In this document: positions 10,145-19,174 of the stretch, piece after piece
Layout of the letters: every line of letters begins with the position of its first letter
Numbering within the stretch: position 1 is the stretch's first letter
Source: a virus
Taxonomy: Duplodnaviria > Heunggongvirae > Uroviricota > Caudoviricetes
Direction: 5' to 3' (one strand)
IMG/VR virus record: IMGVR_UViG_2695420456_000023
Coordinates: 1 to 29,209 of that record
Length of the DNA stretch: 29,209 bases
Notes under the pieces: generated by a model
Told to the model about the DNA's origin: nothing
Seen by the model: the letters and a program-made list of their open reading frames with translations, nothing else
The model's database searches: none
Translations under genes and position numbers: made by a program

Positions 10145-10711
10145 TCAGGGAGATTTATTGCTCTTATTGGCCGGAAATTTTCGATAAATGGTAGAAACGC
10201 CTACATCAAAAATCAGTGCAATACGCTGTCTTGATTCTCCGGCCTCGAGTAAACGCCCAATCTGTGCCCACTGTTCGCTGGTCAACTTAGGACGGCGTCC
10301 ACCTACTCTGCCTTTAGCACGAGCTGCAGCCAGCCCCGCCCTGGTACGTTCAACTATCAGTTCGCGTTCCATTTCAGCCAGGGCCCCCATGACATGAAAA
10401 AAGAAACGGCCCATTAGGGTGCTGGTATCAATACTGTCAGTCAGGCTTCGGAAATTCACGCCACGCTGGCGCAGCTCTTCTATCAGCGTAACAAGATGCC
10501 GCATACTGCGCCCCAGTCTGTCCAGCTTCCAGACAACCAGCGTGTCTCCTGCCGATAGTGTCCTGAGCAGCTTTTTCAGCCCCGGTCTGTCGGACTTGGT
10601 GCCACTGATTCTATCCTCAAAAATCCGCTCACATCCCGCACAGTTCAGTGCATTGCGTTGCAAATCGGTGTTCTGGTCATTTGTTGACACGCGTACATAG
10701 CCAATAAGCAT
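10145..10711 (-). CDS. serine DNA invertase, Gin/Pin/Hin/Cin family
   Basis: N-terminus MLIGYVRVSTNDQNTDLQ with the catalytic serine motif, VVWKLDRLGRS, and a C-terminal helix-turn-helix; very close to Gin and Pin as I recall them. The ORF track begins two codons earlier at 10717. Confidence 0.9.
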   Translation of the reverse strand: MLIGYVRVSTNDQNTDLQRNALNCAGCERIFEDRISGTKSDRPGLKKLLRTLSAGDTLVVWKLDRLGRSMRHLVTLIEELRQRGVNFRSLTDSIDTSTLMGRFFFHVMGALAEMERELIVERTRAGLAAARAKGRVGGRRPKLTSEQWAQIGRLLEAGESRQRIALIFDVGVSTIYRKFPANKSNKSP

Positions 10712-10777
10712 GATCATCCCCCTGAATAAAAACCGGAGATGATGCCAGTTAGCCGTTATCTCTGCATTTTCATAAAC

Positions 10778-11236
10778 GTTGGTTTGGGAGAAGGTGCTCC
10801 AGCTATTGGCGTTCCGTTCTTCTGGCCCTCCGCTGCAATGCCAAATACTGTAATCGACAGTTGGTCCGGTATGGTGTTTTTGAAGTTCAACGGGGCGAAA
10901 TTTTCTGCCACTGATTACCCTGTGCTGGCGAAAGTGTTTCCTTCACTGGCATTACCTGAAGCCCGCGGTGATTTCATTCGTATCTGGGATGACGGACGAG
11001 GTGCAGATGGTGGTCGCGAATTATTAAGCTGGCAGGCTGCTACAAACTTTTCTCAGTTTGCCGGGAATATAGGCGGAGGTGCGGGACACACAATTAACTT
11101 TCATGATGGCATCGCCGGAAATCAGCCAGGATTTTCACGATTTAATTTCACCAGTAACTCTGTGGGTGATGGTGTGAATTTTGTTGCTGTCAGACCGCGA
11201 AATATCGCATTTAACTTTCTGGTGAGGGCTAAATAA
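10778..11236 (+). CDS. alternative tail fibre C-terminal segment (currently not fused to H)
   Basis: ORF is in frame through the crossover site (NVGLGEG...) and would be joined to the constant part of H after inversion. The ATG at 10739 reported by the ORF track is probably not a real start. Confidence 0.65.
   Translation, partial: VGLGEGAPAIGVPFFWPSAAMPNTVIDSWSGMVFLKFNGAKFSATDYPVLAKVFPSLALPEARGDFIRIWDDGRGADGGRELLSWQAATNFSQFAGNIGGGAGHTINFHDGIAGNQPGFSRFNFTSNSVGDGVNFVAVRPRNIAFNFLVRAK
10779..10793. repeat. inversion crossover site, left (gix/hix-like)
   Basis: ttggtttgggagaag; its exact reverse complement is at 12627-12641. Lies about 65 bp from the invertase start codon. Confidence 0.7.
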
Positions 11237-11829
11237 TGAGACCTGTTTTTGATGAAAATGGGCTGGCTACAGTGCCGGGCGATATGCGTTGTTTTTATTA
11301 TGATGCAGTAACGTATGAATATACTGGCTGGTCTGATGAATATATTAATACTGGCGTAAGTATGCCCGCCTGTTCCACTGGTATTGACCCTGGCGAAAAC
11401 ATTCCGGGGAAAGTGGCAGTATTTACGGGGAAGAGATGGAGCCATGAAGAAGACCATCGCAATGAGACTGTTTACTCAACAGAAAATGGCGCAGCTGTTA
11501 CAGTGGATTATATCGGTGCCATCAAAGACGGTTATGTCACGCTTTCACCGTTAACGCCATACGATAAATGGGATGGTGAGAAATGGGTGACGGATACCGA
11601 GGCACAGCATAGCGCCGCAGTAGACGCGGCAGAAGCACAGCGTCAGTCACTAATTGATACTGCAATGGCTTCCATTAATCTGATTCAACTGAAATTGCAG
11701 GCCGGGAGGAAGCTGACGCAGACAGAAACCACCCGACTAAACGCTGTGCTGGATTACATTGACGCGGTGACGGCAACGGATACCAGCACAGCGCCGGACG
11801 TCATCTGGCCTGGACTGCCGGAGGCGTAG
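11236..11829 (+). CDS. tail fibre assembly protein (alternative, partner of 10778-11236)
   Basis: 197 aa starting at the stop of the alternative fibre segment; C-terminal ...TSTAPDVIWPGLPEA parallels the other assembly protein (...TSTAPDIEWPTPPAVQAR). Confidence 0.8.
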   Translation: MRPVFDENGLATVPGDMRCFYYDAVTYEYTGWSDEYINTGVSMPACSTGIDPGENIPGKVAVFTGKRWSHEEDHRNETVYSTENGAAVTVDYIGAIKDGYVTLSPLTPYDKWDGEKWVTDTEAQHSAAVDAAEAQRQSLIDTAMASINLIQLKLQAGRKLTQTETTRLNAVLDYIDAVTATDTSTAPDVIWPGLPEA

Positions 11830-12244
11830 GCCATTCAATATCGGGTGCTGTTGAAGTATCAACACGCATCAGCAGCACACGGTATTTCTTCCATTGGGTG
11901 AGAGTTGAAGTTTCTTCATCTGTTGCGATATCAGCATCAACAGCATCCTGACGCCAGGATATTTCACTGTCAGCTTTTGCACGAAATGTGGCTTTCATGT
12001 TTTCTGCATCTGATATTTTCTGTTCTGGTGAAAGCGGCGGCTCATCAACCCATGCAAGGGCCCCTGAAACCATTCCCAGCATTTTTCCTGTTGGCTTATT
12101 TCCCCCATTAAATCTGACAGCATCCTCATCGCTGATTTCAATACCATCCTGCGGCCATGTCCCCTCCTTGATATAACTTTCGTATAGCGCTGCGTTGTAG
12201 ATTGCATTTTCGGAAGGGCTGTAAACACTTTTAACTTTATTCAT
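11801..12244 (-). CDS. G: tail fibre assembly protein (active orientation)
   Basis: 147 aa, immediately downstream of H; converges on the alternative assembly gene and overlaps its 3' end by 29 bp. Confidence 0.85.
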   Translation of the reverse strand: MNKVKSVYSPSENAIYNAALYESYIKEGTWPQDGIEISDEDAVRFNGGNKPTGKMLGMVSGALAWVDEPPLSPEQKISDAENMKATFRAKADSEISWRQDAVDADIATDEETSTLTQWKKYRVLLMRVDTSTAPDIEWPTPPAVQAR

Positions 12245-12248
12245 TCTG

Positions 12249-13688
12249 TTATCTCCCTTTCGCTATATAGCAAAGATTAAACCCACCTCTACCTGACATA
12301 CGGGCTGTAAAATCCGTTCTTGAAGTACCAGGTGAGCTAACTCCATAAGCAGGCATGGTTGTTGGAGAAAGCAGAGACTCTTGGATATCTGCCATTGTCA
12401 GTGTAATTGATTCGACCCGCGCGGGGAAAGGTAGCGGGAAAACAACATTCGTCCCTGTCTGTCCAACGGGGAAACCGAAAATACCCCATTGTGTAATTAC
12501 CCCATCCGGCCCCTTACTCCATCCAGATTTAGGATTCGGCCAGTCTGCTGCTCCAGAGTGCCCCGTTGTAAAACTACTCATATCTGGTACTTGCCCGGTA
12601 TCCGTTCCGACGTTCCTCGTTGCCGCTTCTCCCAAACCAAGGTATGTGAGAAGACCAGCTACATCCTTTCCACTCAAATTGGTAAGCGTATTGTCCAGCG
12701 GTTGTTTACCTGACAGCGCATTAAGCATTGTCGTGGCAAAGTTCGGATCATTCCCCAGTGCCGCCGCCAGTTCGTTCAGTGTATCCAGTGCAGCAGGTGC
12801 AGAACCCACCATTCCTGCAATCGCCGATTTCACAAAAGCCGTAGTGGCAATCTGTGTATTGTTGACCGACTGCGCCGCCGTGGGGGCTGTTGGCGTTCCG
12901 GTGAGTGCCGGACTCGACAACGGTGCTTTTAGTGCCAGCGCATTGTTAATGGTGGTACTGAAATTCGGATCATTGTTAATGGCTGCGGCTATTTCTTTCA
13001 GCGTGTCCAGCATGGCTGGCGCACCATTAATAAGGGCCGTCAGTGCCGCCTGTACAAACGCAGTGGTCGCAACCTGCGTGGTATTATTCCCCGCCGCTGG
13101 CGTTGGCGCTTTGGGGGTTCCGGTAAATGTCGGGCTGGCTTTTGGCGCGTACTGTGAATGCGGGTCCGGTGCGGCAAGATGTTTTGCCATCTGATCATCC
13201 GCGTAAACCTTCAGCTCCAGTGCCTTGTCATCCACATACTTGCGGGTTGCCAGCACTACGGCAGGGTCGATTTTCAGGGTGATATTGTCCGTGCTGCTGG
13301 TAATCAGCACCATGCGCACGGTCTGGGTGCGCCCGCTGCCTTCAGCCAGTTGCGGCTTGTAGCTTTCCGGGCAGTTGCCCACGGCAATCAATGCCCCGGA
13401 TTCATCAAACAGGCCCACTTCACGTATCCACCAACCACCCTCGTTTTCAGGGATCACCTGTTCAGCAATAATCTGGCTGCTGTTCTGCGGGTCGATATAG
13501 AGCATATTCAGCGCAGCCCGGCGTTTCTCATTTACCAGTGCAGTCTGCTTTGCGTCTGGCGTCGGCAATGTTCCGCCACCATCGCCCACCGCCATATGGG
13601 TAATTTTTAGCGGCACACCGAGCGCGGCGGCGCTGGCAAGTTTCGCAGCGCCAATATCCGTCAGCAGGGTATAAAATTTTGTGCTCAT
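12249..13688 (-). CDS. H: tail fibre protein H (constant N-terminal part plus currently fused variable C-terminus)
   Basis: 479 aa; N-terminus MSTKFYTLLTDIGAAKLA... is P2 H-like; the crossover site lies at 12627-12641 within the ORF. Confidence 0.9.
   Translation of the reverse strand: MSTKFYTLLTDIGAAKLASAAALGVPLKITHMAVGDGGGTLPTPDAKQTALVNEKRRAALNMLYIDPQNSSQIIAEQVIPENEGGWWIREVGLFDESGALIAVGNCPESYKPQLAEGSGRTQTVRMVLITSSTDNITLKIDPAVVLATRKYVDDKALELKVYADDQMAKHLAAPDPHSQYAPKASPTFTGTPKAPTPAAGNNTTQVATTAFVQAALTALINGAPAMLDTLKEIAAAINNDPNFSTTINNALALKAPLSSPALTGTPTAPTAAQSVNNTQIATTAFVKSAIAGMVGSAPAALDTLNELAAALGNDPNFATTMLNALSGKQPLDNTLTNLSGKDVAGLLTYLGLGEAATRNVGTDTGQVPDMSSFTTGHSGAADWPNPKSGWSKGPDGVITQWGIFGFPVGQTGTNVVFPLPFPARVESITLTMADIQESLLSPTTMPAYGVSSPGTSRTDFTARMSGRGGFNLCYIAKGR
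12627..12641. repeat. inversion crossover site, right (gix/hix-like)
   Basis: cttctcccaaaccaa, perfect 15-bp inverted copy of 10779-10793; located inside tail fibre gene H at the codons for GLGE. Confidence 0.7.
12700..13120 (-). repeat. intragenic tandem repeat in H (two units of about 65 aa)
   Basis: The protein shows ...NNTTQVATTAFVQAAL...AMLDTLKEIAAAINNDPNFSTTINNALALKAPL followed by ...NNTQIATTAFVKSAIA...AALDTLNELAAALGNDPNFATTMLNALSGKQPL. DNA coordinates are approximate. Confidence 0.45.
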
Positions 13689-14290
13689 GGATTCACTCTC
13701 ATTGTGTCAATAACATGGACCGCCCCGCCTTCATGCGCGGTGCCGCCAGAAATAATTGTTTCGTTGATATACGGATAGATCGTGATTTCTTCGCCAAGAT
13801 AGCTGGCGGCCCCAACCCAATGCGGACCGCTGGTCTGCAGATTGATGGACATGCCGATCATGTGACGGCTACATGGTTTGGCATCGCTTATCAGCCGCTC
13901 AAGTTCCAGATAGGTATCTTCAGTGATGCCCTGATCCTGCACGCCAATGTCCAGGCGAAACGTGCCCGGTGTTTCTCCGGTCTGCCACCACTCAATAATG
14001 CGTATCAGGAAGCCGAACGGCTCCACCACCCGCCGCACGGCACTTGTGGTTCCTTTATGCTGATGAATATAAAAAGCATCCTTCACCACCTGGCGCTTGA
14101 CGCTTTCTGTCCAGCCCTCGTCCCAGCGATCCACAGAGAACGCCCAGGCGAGATAAGGCAGGAAACTGACCGGACAGGTTGCCGGATTCCACAAGTCACG
14201 AAGCGGTACCTGCAGATCAGAAATCCCGCTGCAGGTTTGCGCCAGTCGGCGCTCCAGTGGTGTTGAACCCGGTGGCAGCAGACTATTCAT
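13685..14290 (-). CDS. I: baseplate protein I
   Basis: 201 aa between H and J, overlapping both by a few bp; P2 gpI position. Confidence 0.8.
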   Translation of the reverse strand: MNSLLPPGSTPLERRLAQTCSGISDLQVPLRDLWNPATCPVSFLPYLAWAFSVDRWDEGWTESVKRQVVKDAFYIHQHKGTTSAVRRVVEPFGFLIRIIEWWQTGETPGTFRLDIGVQDQGITEDTYLELERLISDAKPCSRHMIGMSINLQTSGPHWVGAASYLGEEITIYPYINETIISGGTAHEGGAVHVIDTMRVNP

Positions 14291-15191
14291 CCGTTCCTCC
14301 GTTGGTTACGCTCCACTGCGTACATGATGCCGCCTGTGTTTTGTTCAGGACCACATCCGCCAGAGGAGAAGCCAGCTCCACACGCTGCACCCCCTCAACA
14401 TGCAGGGCGGCAAAGATGGCGCTACGGCGAATATCCCGACCAAGACGCGTCTGACTGGCGATGTACTTCTGCAGGCTGGCTTTTGCCGCTGCCATTACCG
14501 GCTCTGCTTCCGGTCCAGGATAGAGAAAAATGGTGGCTTCCACGCGATACGGGATGATTTCTGCGCTGCGAACCGTAAGACGGTCAGCCACCGGGCGGAC
14601 GTTCTCACTGTTCAGAGCTTTTTCCACCACGTCCAGCAGGTCTTTTTCTGCAGTTCCATCGCCTTCGCGGCTAAGGACAGTCAGCACCACCTCTGCAGGT
14701 GCCGGGCTGGTTGCACTGGCATCCGCCACCCGACCGTCGGCGCTTCGGGCATGAAATTCATAAGCTGCAGTTGGCCCCGCAACAGAAAGCCCTTCAAAGG
14801 CTGCAGGCACACGCAGGCGCAACGCTTCATCGCTTTCCATCACAGCTGCAACGGGCGGCACAGCATCATTATCAGCAGGCGTCACCGTCAGGCGTGTCAC
14901 GTTGTAGTTGGCAGCGAGCTGGTCAAGATCGCCGCCCATCGCGTAAGCCACCATCACCGCCTGCGCGGCTTCGTTAATGCGCTGGCGCAGAAGCAACTCA
15001 CGGTAAGCGTTCTCCTGCAACAATTTAGTGGCGGGTTCAGATTCCAGTTCCAGCGTGCGGATCACTGCTTCCTGCTCATCTTTCGGATGAAGCGCCACAA
15101 ATTCTGCCTTGCGTTCGGCAAGCAGCGTCTCAAAGTCCGGCACATCCACAATCTGCGGTGCAGGCAACTGCGAAAGGTCAATCACTGCCAT
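14283..15191 (-). CDS. J: baseplate protein J
   Basis: Starting at the internal Met (MAVIDLSQLPAP...) gives 302 aa, matching P2 gpJ in size; the ORF track extends to 15230. Confidence 0.85.
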   Translation of the reverse strand: MAVIDLSQLPAPQIVDVPDFETLLAERKAEFVALHPKDEQEAVIRTLELESEPATKLLQENAYRELLLRQRINEAAQAVMVAYAMGGDLDQLAANYNVTRLTVTPADNDAVPPVAAVMESDEALRLRVPAAFEGLSVAGPTAAYEFHARSADGRVADASATSPAPAEVVLTVLSREGDGTAEKDLLDVVEKALNSENVRPVADRLTVRSAEIIPYRVEATIFLYPGPEAEPVMAAAKASLQKYIASQTRLGRDIRRSAIFAALHVEGVQRVELASPLADVVLNKTQAASCTQWSVTNGGTDE

Positions 15192-15537
15192 TCTCTGCTC
15201 CTGTTGATACGGAAAGGGACACAGGCACACCGTTATTCCGCCGCCCGGTCAGCTCCACCACCATTGAACCGTCAAAATTGCTGTTGATGGTGATGGAATC
15301 CAGCGTCAACCGTGGCTCCCAGCGACTCAGCGCCACATACACTGCCGACATGACCTGCAGGCGTAATGCCGGATTTTGTGGCTGATCTATCAGTGCCGAC
15401 AGCAGGGAACCATATTCCCGGCGGGCAATACGGCTACCCTGCGGTGTCAGCAGAATGTCCCGCACCGACTGGCGCAGATGATCAATATCAGTAATGACTT
15501 TGCCGCTGGTATTGTTCATCCCGCTATAAAGCGTCAT
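15178..15537 (-). CDS. W: baseplate protein W
   Basis: 119 aa between V and J; size and position of P2 gpW. Confidence 0.85.
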   Translation of the reverse strand: MTLYSGMNNTSGKVITDIDHLRQSVRDILLTPQGSRIARREYGSLLSALIDQPQNPALRLQVMSAVYVALSRWEPRLTLDSITINSNFDGSMVVELTGRRNNGVPVSLSVSTGAENGSD

Positions 15538-16112
15538 ACCGGGCCTCCGGTTGTATCGCCGCCTTTCAGGACGCCAGTATACTGATGCGCATCAACCACG
15601 ATCCCGTTAGAACTCATCGCTCCGCCGCCCTGGGTAACGCCACCATTGATCACCACTTCGCTGTTAATGCGCGTGCGGTTAGCCTCCAGTACAAACTCAC
15701 TGGTTTTCATGGTGATGTTGTCAGCAGCCTCAATGACCATTGATTTGATGCCCCTGACATACCAGCGCCCGGTGGCGGGTTCGTATTCAAACCAGCCACC
15801 GTCAGGATGTTCTGTCACGCAGGCGTCCGCCGACGTCGACGGTGGTGCGAACTGATTCGAATAGATGGCGGGCAGCGCAAACGCGGTTTCCAGATTGCCG
15901 CCCATGCTCAGCACCACCACCTGCTCATCTGGCGACGGGCACCACCATGTACGGGCACCACCGGCGCGTAGCGTCAGCCAGTTAATCCAGTTGGTTTCAA
16001 GCTCGCCTACCTTCACCCGGCACAGCCATTTGTTCCGGTCCACTTCGGTCACAATGCCGGTGCGGATCAGATTGGTGATAAGGCGCATAATTTCTGTGAG
16101 TTGTGCGTTCAT
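15534..16112 (-). CDS. V: baseplate spike/hub protein V
   Basis: N-terminal ...NAQLTEIMRLITNLIRTGIVTEVD resembles the P2 gpV N-terminus as I recall it. Start chosen at the second Met; the ORF track starts at 16127. Confidence 0.85.
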   Translation of the reverse strand: MNAQLTEIMRLITNLIRTGIVTEVDRNKWLCRVKVGELETNWINWLTLRAGGARTWWCPSPDEQVVVLSMGGNLETAFALPAIYSNQFAPPSTSADACVTEHPDGGWFEYEPATGRWYVRGIKSMVIEAADNITMKTSEFVLEANRTRINSEVVINGGVTQGGGAMSSNGIVVDAHQYTGVLKGGDTTGGPV

Positions 16113-16144
16113 GGTTGCAGTTTGCATGAAATCAAAAGAAAATA

Positions 16145-18013
16145 GTGATTTTCAAATTGTATGAAGGGTCTTACAATCCAATGAATTACAATGAAGAGCT
16201 AACCTCATATCTTAATTATTTAGTGGATCTTGAAAAATCCCCTAATTTCGCAGTAATGATTGACGGCGAATGGGGAAGCGGGAAAACATGGTTTGTCCGT
16301 AAATTAATGAATGAAGAATCACTAAAAGGGAAAGTTAAGCCATTAATGATCTCATTATATGGAATAAAATCCACCGAACAAATTGACGAAATAATTTTCA
16401 AGCAAATGCATCCCTTCCTTTCATCTAAAGGCATGTTGCTTGCTGGCACACTAACTAAGGCACTAATTAAAGGCACACTTAAGATTGATTTAAGTGATTC
16501 ATTCGTTACAAGTGTAGAGGGCTCCCCAGAACTACCCAACGTAAGCATTAAAGACTTTTACTACTCACCAGAAAACACCATATTGATATTTGATGATCTT
16601 GAACGCTGCGAATTAGATTGGAATTCTATATTTGGTTATATAAATAATTTCGTTGAAGAAAAAGAATGCAAGGTTTTGATTATCGCCAATGAGAGAGAAA
16701 TATTAAACCCCGCTAGAAATAAAAATCATGATGGTATTTATTTAGATGCAAAAGAAAAAGTTATAGGTATAACTTTCAAATATCAACCTCAACATTCTCA
16801 CGCCTACGAATATTTTCTAAAAAATATAACTAGCGAACTCAACACCATTCTGAACATAAAAAATATTGAGAGCTTACTCACTCTTTCAGAGTGTAATAAC
16901 ATTAGATTAATTGAAAGGCAAATTTCTTTTTTTGAAAGAATATTCAAAATATTACCAGCACAGTTTCAGCAAAATTCAGCTTTGACACTCAGATTATATC
17001 AATTACATTTTATACTCTATTTTGAATCTAATAAAATAAAACGAACCGTTTCTGACTTGTTAACATATAAAATAGATGATGATAATAAATACACATCCAA
17101 TTTAATTGAAAAATATGGTACAACTTATTTGTCAAATTTAATCTTAGACGAGGATACCTGGATCGATATAATTGACAATCAGAAAATCAATCAAGAAAAA
17201 ATAATATCTGAATTAATAACATTCGTCAGTGTTTCTAATAAAACAATTGAGCCATGGACACAACTTTGGAATTATGATCGATTAAAATACACAGAATTTG
17301 AGGAAAATTACAATTCAACACTTCATACGCTTATTAATTTTGAAATATTGAACGAGCATGTTCTTAAGCATATTTACGGATTATTACTTCATTTATCCAG
17401 AGAACATATAAAACCCATCAACGAACACTATTTAACAAACTTAGCCCACTCTGCTGTTGATATTTTAGCAGAAAAAGGAATGATACAAACTAGTTATGAA
17501 ATTTTTGATGAAGACATTAAGGATGAGCGATGGAGAGGATTAACTTTTCATTGCAAAGAAACTAGGGAATTCAAGGAGCTTGTTAATTACATAGAACAAA
17601 AGAAAAATGTATTAATTGCATATCAACTTAGCCAAGACGCTCAAAAGATATTCAAATTAATACAGTCCGGAAATCATGAATATTACGCACATCTAAATTT
17701 CAACAACAAAGATATTTATTCATTTCACGACAAACCAGTTCTTTATTTTGGTGATGCTGAACAACTAACAAAAATACTGATAGACTCAACCGAGATGCAT
17801 TTCTTTGGCTATGCTATAAAAAACCGATACAACAACACCCCTTATCTAAAAGAGCTTTCTGCAGAGCGTTTTTTCCACCGCGAGCTAATTAGAAAGCTAA
17901 TTGAAAAGAAAACTCAAATAAACTCAAATATATTATCATTACAAATCGATGAGCTCATAAATGATTGTTTAACTCCCGCAATAGATAAATTAAAGCAAAG
18001 CATTGAAAATTAA
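16145..18013 (+). CDS. KAP-family P-loop NTPase (cargo gene; candidate anti-phage / abortive-infection protein)
   Basis: Walker A GEWGSGKT and Walker B-like LIFDDLER are hallmarks of KAP NTPases, the family that includes F-plasmid PifA. Strongly AT-rich compared with flanking phage genes, opposite strand to S and V. Start is GTG at 16145 or ATG at 16181. Confidence 0.8.
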   Translation: MIFKLYEGSYNPMNYNEELTSYLNYLVDLEKSPNFAVMIDGEWGSGKTWFVRKLMNEESLKGKVKPLMISLYGIKSTEQIDEIIFKQMHPFLSSKGMLLAGTLTKALIKGTLKIDLSDSFVTSVEGSPELPNVSIKDFYYSPENTILIFDDLERCELDWNSIFGYINNFVEEKECKVLIIANEREILNPARNKNHDGIYLDAKEKVIGITFKYQPQHSHAYEYFLKNITSELNTILNIKNIESLLTLSECNNIRLIERQISFFERIFKILPAQFQQNSALTLRLYQLHFILYFESNKIKRTVSDLLTYKIDDDNKYTSNLIEKYGTTYLSNLILDEDTWIDIIDNQKINQEKIISELITFVSVSNKTIEPWTQLWNYDRLKYTEFEENYNSTLHTLINFEILNEHVLKHIYGLLLHLSREHIKPINEHYLTNLAHSAVDILAEKGMIQTSYEIFDEDIKDERWRGLTFHCKETREFKELVNYIEQKKNVLIAYQLSQDAQKIFKLIQSGNHEYYAHLNFNNKDIYSFHDKPVLYFGDAEQLTKILIDSTEMHFFGYAIKNRYNNTPYLKELSAERFFHRELIRKLIEKKTQINSNILSLQIDELINDCLTPAIDKLKQSIEN

Positions 18014-18038
18014 AATAAAGCCCAGATCGCCACTGGGC
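18009..18038 (-). terminator. intrinsic terminator-like hairpin after gene S (minus strand)
   Basis: gcccag-atcgcca-ctgggc hairpin (18020-18038) followed on the minus strand by tttatttta; it overlaps the stop codon of the KAP gene. Confidence 0.4.
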
Positions 18039-18053
18039 AACAATATACGCAAG

Positions 18054-18497
18054 TTATGAAATACAATATATCAAAAATCTCTCAACTTCTTTTTTAATAG
18101 GCTCATTAATACCTAGCAAGCATCGTCTGGAATAATGAACTATCGGCCCACGTTTACTGACACGATCACGCAGTCCATAATGGTGAACACGGGCAATGCG
18201 CTGCACCTTACCTTCAAACTGCACGCTGGCAGAATCGGCGCTGGCGGCAGTTTTCAGGTATTTTGTGGTGCGCAGCTTCGCAAACATCTGACGTTTGATG
18301 CGGCCTTTTTTACTGCGCGCTGTTACCCGTCGCGGCTCATAACTACTGCCATCTGGATTGCGCTGCATCCTGATGTTTTGCTGCTGTGTCCGGCGCAGCT
18401 CTTGTGCCAGTTGGCGCATCATGCGACTTCTTGCAGCTGGCTCCAGATTCGCCAGTAAGGCACTCAGCCAGTCGTCCACTTTCTGCAATTCAGCCAC
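18054..18497 (-). CDS. S: tail completion protein S
   Basis: 147 aa downstream of R in P2 order; the last 85 bp or so (18054-18140) are AT-rich like the adjacent cargo. Confidence 0.85.
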   Translation of the reverse strand: MAELQKVDDWLSALLANLEPAARSRMMRQLAQELRRTQQQNIRMQRNPDGSSYEPRRVTARSKKGRIKRQMFAKLRTTKYLKTAASADSASVQFEGKVQRIARVHHYGLRDRVSKRGPIVHYSRRCLLGINEPIKKEVERFLIYCIS

Positions 18498-18942
18498 GTT
18501 TCACCGTCCACATTTCTTCAGGTTCATCGGGTTCCGTTATCGCTTCAACGCTCGACACACTGCCGTCAGTGCTGACCAGCACACGCTCCGTCAGTTGCAG
18601 GTTCAGGCTGATATCACAGACATCATTGCGCAGAATATCCACCTCAAAGGTGAATAACTTTTCCCGTAACGCCGGGTTATTGATGGCATCGGGCTGGTTA
18701 TCCCGCAGCCACAGCAAAACCGGGGCCATCAACAGATTCTGGTCGCCGCTGAAATCCTCAACCACCACGTTCAGGGTGTAACGATACTCCCATGACATGG
18801 AGCTGGCCCCTGTAGCAACCAGCGAACCGTTATCCACAAACAGATGCAGTTTGTCCGGGTTATTGCGGACATAAGGCACCGCTTTATTGAGGGCGTGGCG
18901 CAGGGATTGTGGTTTGTTCACTGTTTCGCTCCTGACACGCAA
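18490..18942 (-). CDS. R: tail completion protein R
   Basis: 150 aa between the lysis cassette and S, as in P2. Confidence 0.85.
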   Translation of the reverse strand: MRVRSETVNKPQSLRHALNKAVPYVRNNPDKLHLFVDNGSLVATGASSMSWEYRYTLNVVVEDFSGDQNLLMAPVLLWLRDNQPDAINNPALREKLFTFEVDILRNDVCDISLNLQLTERVLVSTDGSVSSVEAITEPDEPEEMWTVKRG

Positions 18943-19174
18943 TAATCATGTCCACTTTATCTGCACAGACCGCCCAAGCGGCTTCCGTTTCATCCAGCAA
19001 TGCGCTCAGATCACCGTTAGTATGCGGCGCGGCCTGATCCAGCCGACACGGCGTCACTCGCGGACAACCACTGACGGTAAGCTGCACCTCCGGTGAATGC
19101 TGGACGTTTTCGCAGCCGGATAATGTCAGCAGGCAAAGGAGTATCAGCCCAGCGGCGTAAATCCTCGTTCTCAC
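18884..19174 (-). CDS. lysC: outer-membrane lipoprotein spanin component (LysC/Rz1-like), nested out of frame in lysB
   Basis: Signal peptide plus lipobox (LTLSGC); the ORF overlaps the 3' part of lysB in another frame and runs into the start of R. Confidence 0.6.
   Translation of the reverse strand: MRTRIYAAGLILLCLLTLSGCENVQHSPEVQLTVSGCPRVTPCRLDQAAPHTNGDLSALLDETEAAWAVCADKVDMIIACQERNSEQTTIPAPRPQ

Larger units (their letters stand above)
10779..12641. other. invertible tail-fibre host-range segment (about 1.86 kb)
   Basis: Bounded by the 15-bp inverted repeats. Contains two alternative tail-fibre C-terminal segments and two convergent tail fibre assembly genes, with the invertase gene adjacent outside the segment. 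Confidence 0.65.

Noticed and set aside
12355-13194. 279-aa plus-strand ORF inside tail fibre gene H
   Set aside because: Antisense to H; low-complexity Ala/Ser/Val-rich product mirroring the repetitive fibre sequence.
14400-15287. 295-aa plus-strand ORF overlapping J and W
   Set aside because: Antisense to well-supported baseplate genes; Cys/His/Arg-rich translation typical of a GC-rich reverse frame.
16158-16175. TGT-N12-ACA dyad (tgtatgaagggtcttaca) upstream of V, considered as a possible P_V late promoter
   Set aside because: The dyad centre is only about 55 bp from the V start codon, against 85-87 bp for the FI and O elements, and it lacks the shared TGTACCG/CACACA extension. It falls inside the 5' end of the KAP ORF and is most likely a chance match, since the bare motif is expected several times per 29 kb.
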